A DNA stretch of 64,000 bases from Dendrobates tinctorius. Lineage: Eukaryota. Positions within the stretch are counted from its first letter, which is position 1; every line of letters starts with the position of its first letter. The notes beneath the pieces were generated by a model. It did not search any database and was not told the DNA's origin. It saw only the letters and a list, made by a program, of their open reading frames with translations. Shown piece after piece: positions 24,116 through 38,814 of the stretch. The stretch lies in contig NW_027361897.1 of NCBI RefSeq assembly GCF_039654945.1, positions 9,982,001 to 10,046,000 of the forward strand. The letters are read 5' to 3'. Position numbers and translations under genes: made by a program.

Positions 24116-25927
24116 CTAAAAAAAAGGAGAATGGTCATTTCTAAAAACATTTTATTGTAAATTATCTTAAAAAGAACCAGAAAGGTCCTCTACGTGATCA
24201 CAACCACCAGCATTTGTGTTATTGTTAATAAATACCCTGCTTTTTCATCTCTTTATTGTGTAAACACCTAAATGCAGATTAAAAAAAAAATTATAAATAG
24301 TGATGAGCGGACTTTTTTGGAAAACGTTCAACAATCTCAAATTTGGCCGGAAAGCAGCTCATTTGTATTTGTGTTTAGATTTATGAGCATTTTCCCTTAA
24401 AACTTGCAATATTCCAGGAAAAGTTCAGTAAATGACCGTGATTCCGCTAATGCTTTGTTACGACTTTTTCTTGGATAGCGGTGCTGAATTTTGAGTGGGG
24501 GGGTCTTTAATGAGGGGATTTAATGGGGAGAGGTCAGAGAAGCAACTGACTGTTTTTCATTATTTTCTTTTTCAAATTTTTTTCTTTTTTATAATAACTT
24601 ACAATGTGTAGATTCTGGCAGCCAATCACAGCACAAATACCATCCACAATGTCCAGACACAAGTGCTTCTGCAATTGGCTGCCAAAATCACATGTCCCTC
24701 TCCTTATAAAAAGTGAAGATGTTGTTGGGGGTGTCCCGATTTTGTCAGTGTAACAGAAGTGAGAGGCTTCTTCTATGGCTGTTGCAAGTTGTCAGATAGT
24801 TAGAAATGCAGCTTATTGTCAGCTACTTAAGTTGTATAGAATCCTGTGTAAAATCAACCTTCCGTTATCTAAAATGATTGTGCTAATAGTTAGGAGGCCA
24901 CATTTCCTATTTACAATAATTTGGATTAATATTGTCGTCCAGGAAGGAGGCTACATTTCCTAATGAACATCGTTTGGACTAACATTGTGGTGCAGGCAGG
25001 ATGCCATAATTCCTAATAAAAATTCTTTGGGCTAATATTGTGGTGCAGGCAGAAGACCACATTTCCCAGTCATGATGTTCTGGGCTAATATTGTGGTGCC
25101 AGCAAGACTCCATGTTTCCTAATCAAACTTGCTTCGGCTAAAAATTTTTGGTTTGAAAAGGAGGCCTCATTTCTTTATCTAAATTATTTGTGCTAATATG
25201 GTGTTACAGAGAGGTCTTCATATTTCAGAATCTAAAACCTTTCAGCTAATAGTGTGGTCCTGACACCAGCCTGCACTTTTTAATCTCAATCCTTTTTGAC
25301 AATAGTTTAGTTCATACACATTAAATCTTCTGTTCTATTATTGAAGTGCACGCAGGAGGCAGGAGACCATATTTTCTAATCTAAATTGTTTGTGCTACTA
25401 TTGTGGTGCAGGCAGGAGGCCACATTTCCTAAACTAAATCGTTTGTGCTAATATTCTGGTGCAGGCATAATGCTACATTTCCTATTCTAAATCATTTGTG
25501 CCAATATTCTGGTGCAGTCAGGAGGCCATATTTCCTAATGTAAATTGTGCTAAAATTCTCATGCAGGCAGGAGGACACATGTTCCAATCTAATATTAGCT
25601 GAATATTGATTATTATTAGTCAAAAAAAACATTAATAATTATTATGTAGATTAAAACCCTGTAACAGAAACCCATCAGCATCTCATTATTGTGGTGTCAA
25701 TACACCTGACAAAGGCATCCTATTACCATATAAAACCCCTTAACATTTTGGACTTAATGGGGAAGGAACCAAAGTACCTCCAGTCCATTAAGATTTTCTT
25801 ACAAAAAAAACTATTGTTTGAGTTAACCTTAGTTGTAGAAAATATGAAAATGTGGATTAATTTAACATCTATGCAAACAAAATGATGTGAGATCACTGAA
25901 TAAGATTTCATCATTTCGAAAATATAC

Positions 25928-26245
25928 CTGAGCAGACAACTCCAACATCTTCATTATGTCCACAGTTATGTACTGTAAATGGTTGGTGTAGGCAGTCCCA
26001 TACGCGTTGTTCATTGCCGGTGCATTGCACGTCATCCAATACAATTACTCCTTGTCCTTGGCCAAATGCAGCACTGCCATTAAATGCAATAGCTTGGCCA
26101 CAATTTAACTGCCGGCATACAACTTGTGCAGCATTCAGATCAAAATAATCATCACACACAGTTCCCCATGCTCCATTATAGAGGACTTCTACACGACCGT
26201 TACATTGACCATTGCCATTTACCAGTCGTAAAGACAAGTCTGAAC
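25928..26245 (-). CDS. SRCR exon E11 (VEVL variant)
   Basis: 8-Cys SRCR, canonical splice sites. Confidence 0.92.
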
Positions 26246-26882
26246 CTAAAAATAAGGAGAATGGTCATTTCTAAAAACATTTTATTGTAAATTATCTTAA
26301 AAGGGAACCAGACAGGTCCCCTCTGTCCTCCCAACCACCAGCATTTGTATTATTGTTACTAAATACCCTGCCTATTCAGCCTTTTATAGTGTTTAACAAC
26401 TAAATACAGATTTTAAAATTTTTTTTATAAATACTGATGAGCGGACATTTTCAGAAAACGTTCAACAATCTCAAATTTGGCATGAATGCAGCTCATTGGG
26501 ATTTGTGTACAGATATTCGAGCATTTTTCCTTAAACCCGGCAAAATTCTGGGAACAGTTCAGTAATTGAAAGGGATTTCACTAATGCTTTGTTAGGACTT
26601 TGTCTTGAAGAGTGATAATGAATTTTGAGTGGGGGGTCTTTAATGAAGGGATTTAATGGGGAGAGGTCAGAGGAGCGACGGCCTGTTTTTTTCTTTCTTT
26701 TTTAATTTTTTTTCTTCTTTATATTAACTTAATGTATGCAGATTCAGGCAGCCAATCACAGCACAAATACCATCCACAATGACCAGACATAAGTGCTTCT
26801 GCTATTGGCTGCCAAAATCACATGTCCCTCTACATATAAAAAGCGAATATGTTTTTTGGGTGTCGTGATTTTGTCAGTGTAA

Positions 26883-27278
26883 AGGTACTGTCACGCTTAG
26901 CGATGCACCAGCTATCTCGACCAGCGATATGACGGGGTCAGGATCGCTGGTGCAACGCTAAGTGATCGCTAGTGAGCTGCCACACAGGCAGATCTTACCA
27001 GCGAGATCGATGGGGTCGGGGGTCGCTACTTACCTGTCAGACGAGGCGATGAAGACGTCCTCCTGCCCGCGTCCACGCGTCGCTCGTCTCTCCACAGGAA
27101 GCGCCGCAGGAAGCTGACGACGAGAAACAGTCCTGGACGTTCTCACGCGATCAGCGATAACCAGCGGGGGAGCGGGTCGTAGGTACGTATCAGACATAGC
27201 AATATCGCTAGCAATATCGCTATAACGTCACAAGTTATAGCTATATTGCTAGTGATATCGCTAAGTATGACAGTACCT
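26883..27278. mobile_element. MITE copy 7 (12-bp internal duplication)
   Basis: Same TIRs and site. Confidence 0.85.
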
Positions 27279-28361
27279 TAGCAGTAGAGAGGCTGCTTCT
27301 ATGGCTGTTGCAAGTTGTCAGATAGTTAGAAATGCAGTTTATTGTCAGCTACTTCAGTTATATAGGATCCTGTGTAAAATCAACCTTCCATCATCTAAAA
27401 TGATTGTGCTAACAGTTTGGTGCAGGCAGGAGGCCACATTTCCTTATCACAATAACTTGGATTAATATTGTGGTGCAAGAAGGAGGCTACATTTCCTAAT
27501 GAAAATCGTTTGTACTAACATTGTGGTGCAGGCAGGTGGCCATATTTCCTAATTAAAATTGTTTGGTCAAATATTGTGGTGCAGGCAGAAGGCCACATTT
27601 CCCAATCATGATGTTTTGGGCTAATATTGTGGTGCCAGCAATAGTCCATGTTTCCTAATCAAAATTGTATGGGCTGAAATTTTGTGGTTCAAAAAGAAGA
27701 CCACATTTCTTTATCTAAATTATTTGTGCTAATATGGTTTTACAGGCAGTTTGTCATATTTCATAATCTAAATCCTTTTAGCTAATAGTGTGGTCCAGAC
27801 AACAGCCTACATTTTTTAATCTCAATCATTTCTTACAAAAGTTTGGTCCATACACACTAAATCTTCTATTTTATTATTGCAGTGCACGCAGGAGGCAGAA
27901 GGCCACATTTCCTAATCTAAATCGTTTGTGCTAATATTCTGGTGCAGGCAGGAGGCCACATTTCCTAATCTAAATTGTGCTAAAATTCTAATGCAGGCAG
28001 GAGGACACATGTCCTAATCTAATATTAGCTGAATATTGGTTATTAATAGTCAAGCATAACATTTATAATTATTATGTGGAATAAAACACTTTAACAGAAA
28101 CCCATCAGCATCTCATTATTGTGGTTTCAATACAACTCACAAAGGCATCCTACTACCACTTAAAACCCCTTAACATTTTGGATTTAATGGAGAAGGAACC
28201 AAAGTACCTCCAGTCCATTCAGATTTTCTTAAAACATTAAATATTTATTGTTTGAGTTACACTTAGTTGTAGAAAATATGAAAATGTGGATTAATTTAAC
28301 ATCTATGCAAACAAAATGATGTGAGATCAATGAATAAGATTTCATCATTTTGAAAATATAC

Positions 28362-28688
28362 CTGAGCAGACAACTCCAACATCTTCATTATGTCCACAGT
28401 TATGTACTGTAAATGGTTGGTGTAGGCAGTCCCATACGCGTTGTTCATTGCCGGTGCATTGCACATCATCCAATACAATTACTCCTTGTCCTTGGCCAAA
28501 TGCAGCACTGCCATTAAATGCAAGAGCTTGGCCACAATTTAACTGCCGGCATACAACTTGTGCAGCATTCAGATCAAAATAATCATCACACACAGTTCCC
28601 CATGCTCCATTATAGAGGATTTCTACACGACCATTACATTGACCATTGCCATTTACCAGTCTTAAAGACAAGTCTGAACCTAGAGAAC
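28362..28688 (-). CDS. SRCR exon E12 (327 nt)
   Basis: 8-Cys SRCR, tandem acceptors. Confidence 0.9.
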
Positions 28689-30498
28689 CTAAAAAAAAGG
28701 AGAATGGTCATTTCTAAAAACATTTTATTGTAAATTATCTTAAAAAGAACCAGAAAGGTCCTCTACGTGATCACAACCACCAGCATTTGTGTTATTGTTA
28801 CTAAATACCCTGCTTTTTTATCCCTTTATAGTGTAAACACCTAAATGCAGATTAAAAAAAAAATTATAAATAGTGATGAGCGGACTTTTTTGGAAAACGT
28901 TCAACAATCTCAAATTTGGCCGGAAAGCAGCTCATTTGTATTTGTGTTTAGATTTATGAGCATTTTCCCTTAAAACTTGCAATATTCCGGGAACCGTTCA
29001 GTAAATGACCGTGATTCCGCTAATGCTTTGTTACGACTTTTTCTTGGATAGCGGTGCTGAATTTTGAGTGGGGGGTCTTTAATGAGGGGATTTAATGGGG
29101 AGAGGTCAGAGAAGCAACTGACTGTTTTTCATTTTTTTCTTTTTCAAATTTTTTCTTCTTTATAATAACTTACAATGTGTAGATTCTGGCAGCCAATCAC
29201 AGCACAAATACCATCCACAATGTCCAGACACAAGTGCTTCTGCAATTGGCTGCCAAAACCACATGTCCCTCTCCTTATAAAAAGTGAAGATGTTGTTGGG
29301 GGTGTCCCGATTTTGTCAGTGTAACAGAAGTGAGAGGCTTCTTCTATGGCTGTTGCAAGTTGTCAGATAGTTAGAAATGCAGCTTATTGTCAGCTACTTA
29401 AGTTGTATAGAATCCTGTGTAAAATCAACCTTCCGTTATCTAAAATGATTGTGCTAATAGTTAGGAGGCCACATTTCCTAATTACAATAATTTGGATTAA
29501 TATTGTCGTCCAGGAAGGAGGCTACATTTCCTAATGAACATCGTTTGGACTAACATTGTGGTGCAGGCAGGATGCCATAATTCCTAATAAAAATTCTTTG
29601 GGCTAATATTGTGGTGCAGGCAGAAGACCACATTTCCCAGTCATGATGTTCTGGGCTAATATTGTGGTGCCAGCAAGACTCCATGTTTCCTAATCAAACT
29701 TGCTTCGGCTAAAAATTTTTGGTTTGAAAAGGAGGCCTCATTTCTTTATCTAAATTATTTGTGCTAATATGGTGTTACAGGCAGGTCTTCATATTTCAGA
29801 ATCAAAATCCTTTCAGCTAATAGTGTGGTCCTGACACCAGCCTGCACTTTTTAATCTCAATCCTTTTTGACAATAGTTTAGTTCATACACACTAAATCTT
29901 CTGTTCTATTATTGAAGTGCACGCAGGAGGCAGGAGACCATATTTTCTAATCTAAATTGTTTGTGCTACTATTGTGGTGCAGGCAGGAGGCCACATTTCC
30001 TAATCTAAATCGTTTGTGCTAATATTCTGGTGCAGGCATAATGCCACATTTCCTATTCTAAATCATTTGTGCCAATATTCTGGTGCAGTCAGGAGGCCAT
30101 ATTTCCTAATCTAAATTGTGCTAAAATTCTCATGCAGGCAGGAGGACACATGTTCCAATCTAATATTAGCTGAATATTGATTATTATTAGTCAAACAAAA
30201 CATTAATAATTATTATGTAGATTAAAACCCTGTAACAGAAACCCATCAGCATCTCATTATTGTGGTGTCAATACACCTGACAAAGGCATCCTATTACCAT
30301 ATAAAACCCCTTAACATTTTGGACTTAATGGGGAAGGAACCAAAGTACCTCCAGTCCATTAATATTTTCTTATAAAAAAAAATATTGTTTGAGTTAACCT
30401 TAGTTGTAGAAAATATGAAAATGTGGATTAATTTAACATCTATGCAAACAAAATGATGTGAGGTCACTGAATAAGATTTCATCATTTCGAAAATATAC

Positions 30499-30816
30499 CT
30501 GAGCAGACAACTCCAACATCTTCGTTATGTCCACAGTTATGTACTGTAAATGGTTGGTGTAGGCAATCCCATACGCGTTGTTCATTGCCGGTGCATTGCA
30601 CATCATCCAATACAATTACTCCTTGTCCTTGGCCAAATGCAGCACTGCCATTAAATGCAAGAGCTTGGCCACAATTTAACTGCCGGCATACAACTTGTGC
30701 AGCATTCAGATCAAAATAATCATCACACACAGTTCCCCATGCTCCATTATAGAGGATTTCTACACGACCGTTACATTGACCATTGCCATTTACCAGTCGT
30801 AAAGACAAGTCTGAAC
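30499..30816 (-). CDS. SRCR exon E13
   Basis: 8-Cys SRCR, canonical splice sites. Confidence 0.92.
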
Positions 30817-31451
30817 CTAAAAATAAGGAGAATGGTCATTTCTAAAAACATTTTATTGTAAATTATCTTAAAAGGGAACCAGACAGGTCCCCTCTGTCTT
30901 CCCAACCACAAGCATTTATATTATTGTTACTAAATACCCTGCCTATTCAGCATTTTTTAGTGTTTAACAACTAAATACAGATTTTAAAATTTTTTTTATA
31001 AATACTGATGAGCGGACATTTTCAGAAAACGTTCAACAATCTCAAATTTGGCATGAATGCAGCTCATTGGGATTTGTGTACAGATTTTCGAGCATTTTCC
31101 CTTAAACCCGGCAAAATTCCGGGAACAGTTCAGTAATTGAAAGGGATTTCACTAATGCTTTGTCAGGACTTTGTCTTGAAGAGTGGTAATGAATTTTGAG
31201 TGGGGGGTCTTTAATGAGGGGATTTAATGGGGAGAGGTCAGAGGAGCGACGGCCTGTTTTTCTTTCTTTTTTAATTTTTTTTCTTCTTTATATTAACTTA
31301 ATGTATGCAGATTCAGGCAGCCAATTACAGCACAAATACCATCCACAATGACCAGACATAAGTGCTTCTGCTATTGGCTGCCAAAATCACATGTCCCTCT
31401 ACATATAAAAAGCGAATATGTTATTTGGGTGTCGTGATTTTGTCAGTGTAA

Positions 31452-31835
31452 AGGCACTGTCACGCTTAGCGATGCACCAGCGATCACGACCAGCGATATG
31501 ACGGGGTCAGGATCGCTGGTGCATCGCTAAGTGGTCGCTAGTGAGCTGCCACACAGGCAGATCTCACCAGCGAGATCGATGGGGTCGGGGGTCGCTACTT
31601 ACCTGTCAGACGAGGCGATGAAGACGTCCTCCTGCCCGCATCCACGCGTCGCTCGTCTCTCCACAGGAAGCGCCGCAGGAAGCTGACGACGAGAAACAGT
31701 CCTGGACGTTCTCACGCGATCAGCGATAACCAGCGGGGGAGCGGGTCTTTGGTAAGTATCAGACATAGCAATATCGCTATAACGTCACAAGTTATAGCTA
31801 TATTGCTAGTGATATCGCTAAGTATGACAGTACCT
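31452..31835. mobile_element. MITE copy 8
   Basis: Same site; left TIR variant AGGCACTG. Confidence 0.85.
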
Positions 31836-32916
31836 TAGGAGTAGAGAGGCTGCTTCTATGGCTGTTGCAAGTTGTCAGATAGTTAGAAATGCAGTTTATT
31901 GTCAGCTACTTCAGTCATATAGGATCCTGTGTAAAATCAACCTTCCATCATCTAAAATGATTGTGCTAATAGTTTGGTGCAGGCAGGAGGCCACATTTCC
32001 TTATCACAATAACTTGGATTAATATTGTGGTGCAGGAAGGAGGCTACATTTCCTAATGAAAATCGTTTGGACTAACATTGTGGTGCAGGCAGGTGGCCAT
32101 ATTTCCTAATTAAAATTGTTTGGTCAAATATTGTGGTGCAGGCAGAAGGCCACATTTCCCAATCATGATGTTTTGGGCTAATATTGTGGTGCCAGCAATA
32201 GTCCATGTTTCCTAATCAAACTTGTATGGGCTGAAATTTTGTGGTTCAAAAAGGAGACCACATTTCTTTATCTAAATTATTTGTGCTAATATGGTTTTAC
32301 AGGCAGTTTGTCATATTTCATAATCTAAATCCTTTCAGCTAATAGTGTGGTCCAGACAACAGCCTACATTTTTTAATCTCAATCATTTCTTACAAAAGTT
32401 TGGTCCATACACTAAATCTTCTATTTTATTATTGCAGTGCACGCAGGAGGCAGAAGGCCACATTTCCTAATCTAAATCGTTTGTGCTAATATTCTGGTGC
32501 AGGCAGGAGGCCACATTTCCTAATCTAAATTGTGCTAAAATTCTAATGCAGGCAGGAGGACACATGTCCTAATCTAATATTAGCTGAATATTGGTTATTA
32601 ATAGTCAAACATAACATTTATAATTATTATGTGGAATAAAACACTGTAACAGAAACCCATCAGCATCTCATTATTGTGGTTTCAATACAACTCACAAAGG
32701 CATCCTACTACCACATAAAACCCCTTAACATTTTGGATTTAATGGAGAAGGCACCAAAGTACCTCCAGTCCATTAAGATTTTCTTAAAACATAAAATATT
32801 TATTGTTTGAGTTACCCTTAGTTGTAGAAAATATGAAAATGTGGATTAATTTAACATCTATGCAAACAAAATGATGTGAGATCAATGAATAAGATTTCAT
32901 CATTTTGAAAATATAC

Positions 32917-33234
32917 CTGAGCAGACAACTCCAACATCTTCATTATGTCCACAGTTATGTACTGTAAATGGTTGGTGTAGGCAGTCCCATACGCGTTGTT
33001 CATTGCCGGAGCATTGCACATCATCCAATACAATTACTCCTTGTCCTTGGCCAAATGCAGCACTGCCATTAAATGCAAGAGCTTGGCCACAATTTAACTG
33101 CCGGCATACAACTTGTGCAGCATTCAGATCAAAATAATCATCACACACAGTTCCCCATGCTCCATTATAGAGGATTTCTACACGACCGTTACATTGACCA
33201 TTGCCATTTACCAGTCGTAAAGACAAGTCTGAAC
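32917..33234 (-). CDS. SRCR exon E14 (T->S variant)
   Basis: 8-Cys SRCR, canonical splice sites. Confidence 0.92.
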
Positions 33235-33873
33235 CTAAAAATAAGGAGAATGGTCATTTCTAAAAACATTTTATTGTAAATTATCTTAAAAGGGAACCAG
33301 ACAGGTCCCCTCTGTCTTCCCAACCAACAGCATTTGTATTATTGTTACTAAATACCCTGCCTATTCAGCATTTTTTAGTGTTTAACAACTAAATACTGAT
33401 TTTAAAATTTTTTTTATAAATACTGATGAGCGGACATTTTCAGAAAACGTTCAACAATCTCATATTTGGCATGAATGCAGCTCATTGGGATTTGTGTACA
33501 GATTTTCGCACATTTTCCCTTAAACCCGGCAAAATTCCGGGAACAGTTCAGTAATTGAAAGGGATTTCACTAATGCTTTGTTAGGACTTTGTCTTGAAGA
33601 GTGGTAATGAATTTTGAATGGGGGGTCTTTAATGAGGGGATTTAATGGGGAGAGGTCAGAGGAGCGACGGCCTGTTTTTCTTTCTTTCTTTTTTAATTTT
33701 TTTTCTTCTTTATATTAACTTAATGTATGCAGATTCAGTCAGCCAATCACAGCACAAATACCATCCACAATGACCAGACATAAGTGGTTCTGCTATTGGC
33801 TGCCAAAATCACATGTCCCTCTACATATAAAAAGCGAATATGTTATTTGGGTGTCGTGATTTTGTCAGTGTAA

Positions 33874-34257
33874 AGGTACTGTCATGCTTAGCGATGCACC
33901 AGCGATCCCGACCAGCGATATGACGGGGTCAGGATCGCTGGTGCATCGCTAAGTGGTCGCTAGGGAGCTGCCACACAGGCAGATCTCACCAGCGAGATCG
34001 ATGGGGTCGGGGGTCGCTACTTACCTGTCAGACGAGGCGATGAAGACGTCCTCCTGCCCGCATCCACGCGTCGCTCATCTCTCCACAGGAAGCGCCGCAG
34101 GAAGCTGACGACGAGAAACAGTCCTGGACGTTCTCACGCGATCAGCGATAACCAGCGGGGGAGCGGGTCATAGGTAAGTATCAGACATAGCAATATCGCT
34201 ATAACGTCACAAGTTATAGCTATATTGCTAGTGATATCGCTAAGTATGACAGTACCT
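33874..34257. mobile_element. MITE copy 9
   Basis: Same TIRs and site. Confidence 0.85.
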
Positions 34258-35340
34258 TAGCAGTAGAGAGGTTGCTTCTATGGCTGTTGCAAGTTGTTAG
34301 ATAGTTATAAATGCAGTTTATTGTCAGCTACTTCAGTTATATAGGATCCTGTGTAAAATCAACCTTCCATCATCTAAAATAATTGTGCTAATAGTTTGGT
34401 GCAGGCAGGAGGCCACATTTCCTTATCACAATAACTTGGATTAATATTGTGGTGCAGGAAGGAGGCTACATTTCCTAATGAAAATCGTTTGGACTAACAT
34501 TGTGGTGCAGGCAGGTGGCCATATTTCTTAATTAAAATTATTTGGTCAAATATTGTGGTGCAGGCAGAAGGCCACATTTCCCAATCATGATGTTTTGGGC
34601 TAATATTGTGGTGCCAGCAATAGTCCATGTTTCCTAATCAAACTTGTATGGGCTGAAATTTTGTGGTTCAAAAAGGAGACCACATTTCTTTATCTAAATT
34701 ATTTGTGCTAATATGGTTTTACAGGCAGTTTGTCATATTTCATAATCTAAATTCTTTCAGCTAATAGTGTGGTCCAGACTACAGCCTACATTTTTTAATC
34801 TCAATCATTTCTTACAAAAGTTTGGTCCATACACACTAAATCTTCTATTTTATTATTGCAGTGCACGCAGGAGGCAGAAGGCCACATTTCCTAATCTAAA
34901 TCGTTTGTGCTAATATAATGGTGCAGGCAGGAGGCCACATTTCCTTATCTAAATTGTGCTAAAATTCTAATGCAGGCAGGAGGACACATGTCCTAATCTA
35001 ATATTAGCTGAATATTGGTTATTAATAGTCAAACATAACATTTATAATTATTATGTGGAATAAAACACTGTAACAGAAACCCATCAGCATCTCATTATTG
35101 TGGTTTCAATACAACTCACAAAGGCATCCTACTACCACATAAAACCCCTTAACATTTTGGATTTAATGGAGAAGGAACCAAAGTACCTCCAGTCCATTCA
35201 GATTTTCTTAAAACATAAAATATTTATTGTTTGAGTTACCCTTAGTTGTAGAAAATATGAAAATGTGGATTAATTTAACATCTATGCAAACAAAATGATG
35301 TGAGATCAATGAATAAGATTTCATCATTTTGAAAATATAC

Positions 35341-35667
35341 CTGAGCAGACAACTCCAACATCTTCATTATGTCCACAGTTATGTACTGTAAATGGTTGGT
35401 GTAGGCAGTCCCATACGCGTTGTTCATTGCCGGTGCATTGCACATCATCCAATACAATTACTCCTTGTCCTTGGCCAAATGCAGCACTGCCATTAAATGC
35501 AAGAGCTTGGCCACAATTTAACTGCCGGCATACAACTTGTGCAGCATTCAGATCAAAATAATCATCACACACAGTTCCCCATGCTCCATTATAGAGGATT
35601 TCTACACGACCATTACATTGACCATTGCCATTTACCAGTCTTAAAGACAAGTCTGAACCTAGAGAAC
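35341..35667 (-). CDS. SRCR exon E15 (327 nt)
   Basis: 8-Cys SRCR, tandem acceptors. Confidence 0.9.
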
Positions 35668-37477
35668 CTAAAAAAAAGGAGAATGGTCATTTCTAAAAAC
35701 ATTTTATTGTAAATTATCTTAAAAAGAACCAGAAAGGTCCTCTACGTGATCACAACCACCAGCATTTGTGTTATTGTTACTAAATACCCTGCTTTTTTAT
35801 CCCTTTATAGTGTAAACACCTAAATGCAGATTAAAAAAAAAATTATAAATAGTGATGAGCGGACTTTTTTGGAAAACGTTCAACAATCTCAAATTTGGCC
35901 GGAAAGCAGCTCATTTGTATTTGTGTTTAGATTTATGAGCATTTTCCCTTAAAACTTGCAATATTCCGGGAACCGTTCAGTAAATGACCGTGATTCCGCT
36001 AATGCTTTGTTACGACTTTTTCTTGGATAGCGGTGCTGAATTTTGAGTGGGGGGTCTTTAATGAGGGGATTTAATGGGGAGAGGTCAGAGAAGCAACTGA
36101 CTGTTTTTCATTTTTTTCTTTTTCAAATTTTTTCTTCTTTATAATAACTTACAATGTGTAGATTCTGGCAGCCAATCACAGCACAAATACCATCCACAAT
36201 GTCCAGACACAAGTGCTTCTGCAATTGGCTGCCAAAACCACATGTCCCTCTCCTTATAAAAAGTGAAGATGTTGTTGGGGGTGTCCCGATTTTGTCAGTG
36301 TAACAGAAGTGAGAGGCTTCTTCTATGGCTGTTGCAAGTTGTCAGATAGTTAGAAATGCAGCTTATTGTCAGCTACTTAAGTTGTATAGAATCCTGTGTA
36401 AAATCAACCTTCCGTTATCTAAAATGATTGTGCTAATAGTTAGGAGGCCACATTTCCTAATTACAATAATTTGGATTAATATTGTCGTCCAGGAAGGAGG
36501 CTACATTTCCTAATGAACATCGTTTGGACTAACATTGTGGTGCAGGCAGGATGCCATAATTCCTAATAAAAATTCTTTGGGCTAATATTGTGGTGCAGGC
36601 AGAAGACCACATTTCCCAGTCATGATGTTCTGGGCTAATATTGTGGTGCCAGCAAGACTCCATGTTTCCTAATCAAACTTGCTTCGGCTAAAAATTTTTG
36701 GTTTGAAAAGGAGGCCTCATTTCTTTATCTAAATTATTTGTGCTAATATGGTGTTACAGGCAGGTCTTCATATTTCAGAATCAAAATCCTTTCAGCTAAT
36801 AGTGTGGTCCTGACACCAGCCTGCACTTTTTAATCTCAATCCTTTTTGACAATAGTTTAGTTCATACACACTAAATCTTCTGTTCTATTATTGAAGTGCA
36901 CGCAGGAGGCAGGAGACCATATTTTCTAATCTAAATTGTTTGTGCTACTATTGTGGTGCAGGCAGGAGGCCACATTTCCTAATCTAAATCGTTTGTGCTA
37001 ATATTCTGGTGCAGGCATAATGCCACATTTCCTATTCTAAATCATTTGTGCCAATATTCTGGTGCAGTCAGGAGGCCATATTTCCTAATCTAAATTGTGC
37101 TAAAATTCTCATGCAGGCAGGAGGACACATGTTCCAATCTAATATTAGCTGAATATTGATTATTATTAGTCAAACAAAACATTAATAATTATTATGTAGA
37201 TTAAAACCCTGTAACAGAAACCCATCAGCATCTCATTATTGTGGTGTCAATACACCTGACAAAGGCATCCTATTACCATATAAAACCCCTTAACATTTTG
37301 GACTTAATGGGGAAGGAACCAAAGTACCTCCAGTCCATTAATATTTTCTTATAAAAAAAAATATTGTTTGAGTTAACCTTAGTTGTAGAAAATATGAAAA
37401 TGTGGATTAATTTAACATCTATGCAAACAAAATGATGTGAGGTCACTGAATAAGATTTCATCATTTCGAAAATATAC

Positions 37478-37795
37478 CTGAGCAGACAACTCCAACATCT
37501 TCGTTATGTCCACAGTTATGTACTGTAAATGGTTGGTGTAGGCAATCCCATACGCGTTGTTCATTGCCGGTGCATTGCACATCATCCAATACAATTACTC
37601 CTTGTCCTTGGCCAAATGCAGCACTGCCATTAAATGCAAGAGCTTGGCCACAATTTAACTGCCGGCATACAACTTGTGCAGCATTCAGATCAAAATAATC
37701 ATCACACACAGTTCCCCATGCTCCATTATAGAGGATTTCTACACGACCGTTACATTGACCATTGCCATTTACCAGTCGTAAAGACAAGTCTGAAC
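37478..37795 (-). CDS. SRCR exon E16
   Basis: 8-Cys SRCR, canonical splice sites. Confidence 0.92.
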
Positions 37796-38430
37796 CTAAA
37801 AATAAGGAGAATGGTCATTTCTAAAAACATTTTATTGTAAATTATCTTAAAAGGGAACCAGACAGGTCCCCTCTGTCTTCCCAACCACAAGCATTTATAT
37901 TATTGTTACTAAATACCCTGCCTATTCAGCATTTTTTAGTGTTTAACAACTAAATACAGATTTTAAAATTTTTTTTATAAATACTGATGAGCGGACATTT
38001 TCAGAAAACGTTCAACAATCTCAAATTTGGCATGAATGCAGCTCATTGGGATTTGTGTACAGATTTTCGAGCATTTTCCCTTAAACCCGGCAAAATTCCG
38101 GGAACAGTTCAGTAATTGAAAGGGATTTCACTAATGCTTTGTCAGGACTTTGTCTTGAAGAGTGGTAATGAATTTTGAGTGGGGGGTCTTTAATGAGGGG
38201 ATTTAATGGGGAGAGGTCAGAGGAGCGACGGCCTGTTTTTCTTTCTTTTTTAATTTTTTTTCTTCTTTATATTAACTTAATGTATGCAGATTCAGGCAGC
38301 CAATTACAGCACAAATACCATCCACAATGACCAGACATAAGTGCTTCTGCTATTGGCTGCCAAAATCACATGTCCCTCTACATATAAAAAGCGAATATGT
38401 TATATGGGTGTCGTGATTTTGTCAGTGTAA

Positions 38431-38814
38431 AGGCACTGTCACGCTTAGCGATGCACCAGCGATCACGACCAGCGATATGACGGGGTCAGGATCGCTGGTG
38501 CATCGCTAAGTGGTCGCTAGTGAGCTGCCACACAGGCAGATCTCACCAGCGAGATCGATGGGGTCGGGGGTCGCTACTTACCTGTCAGACGAGGCGATGA
38601 AGACGTCCTCCTGCCCGCATCCACGCGTCGCTCGTCTCTCCACAGGAAGCGCCGCAGGAAGCTGACGACGAGAAACAGTCCTGGACGTTCTCACGCGATC
38701 AGCGATAACCAGCGGGGGAGCGGGTCTTTGGTAAGTATCAGACATAGCAATATCGCTATAACGTCACAAGTTATAGCTATATTGCTAGTGATATCGCTAA
38801 GTATGACAGTACCT
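38431..38814. mobile_element. MITE copy 10
   Basis: Same site; left TIR variant AGGCACTG. Confidence 0.85.
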
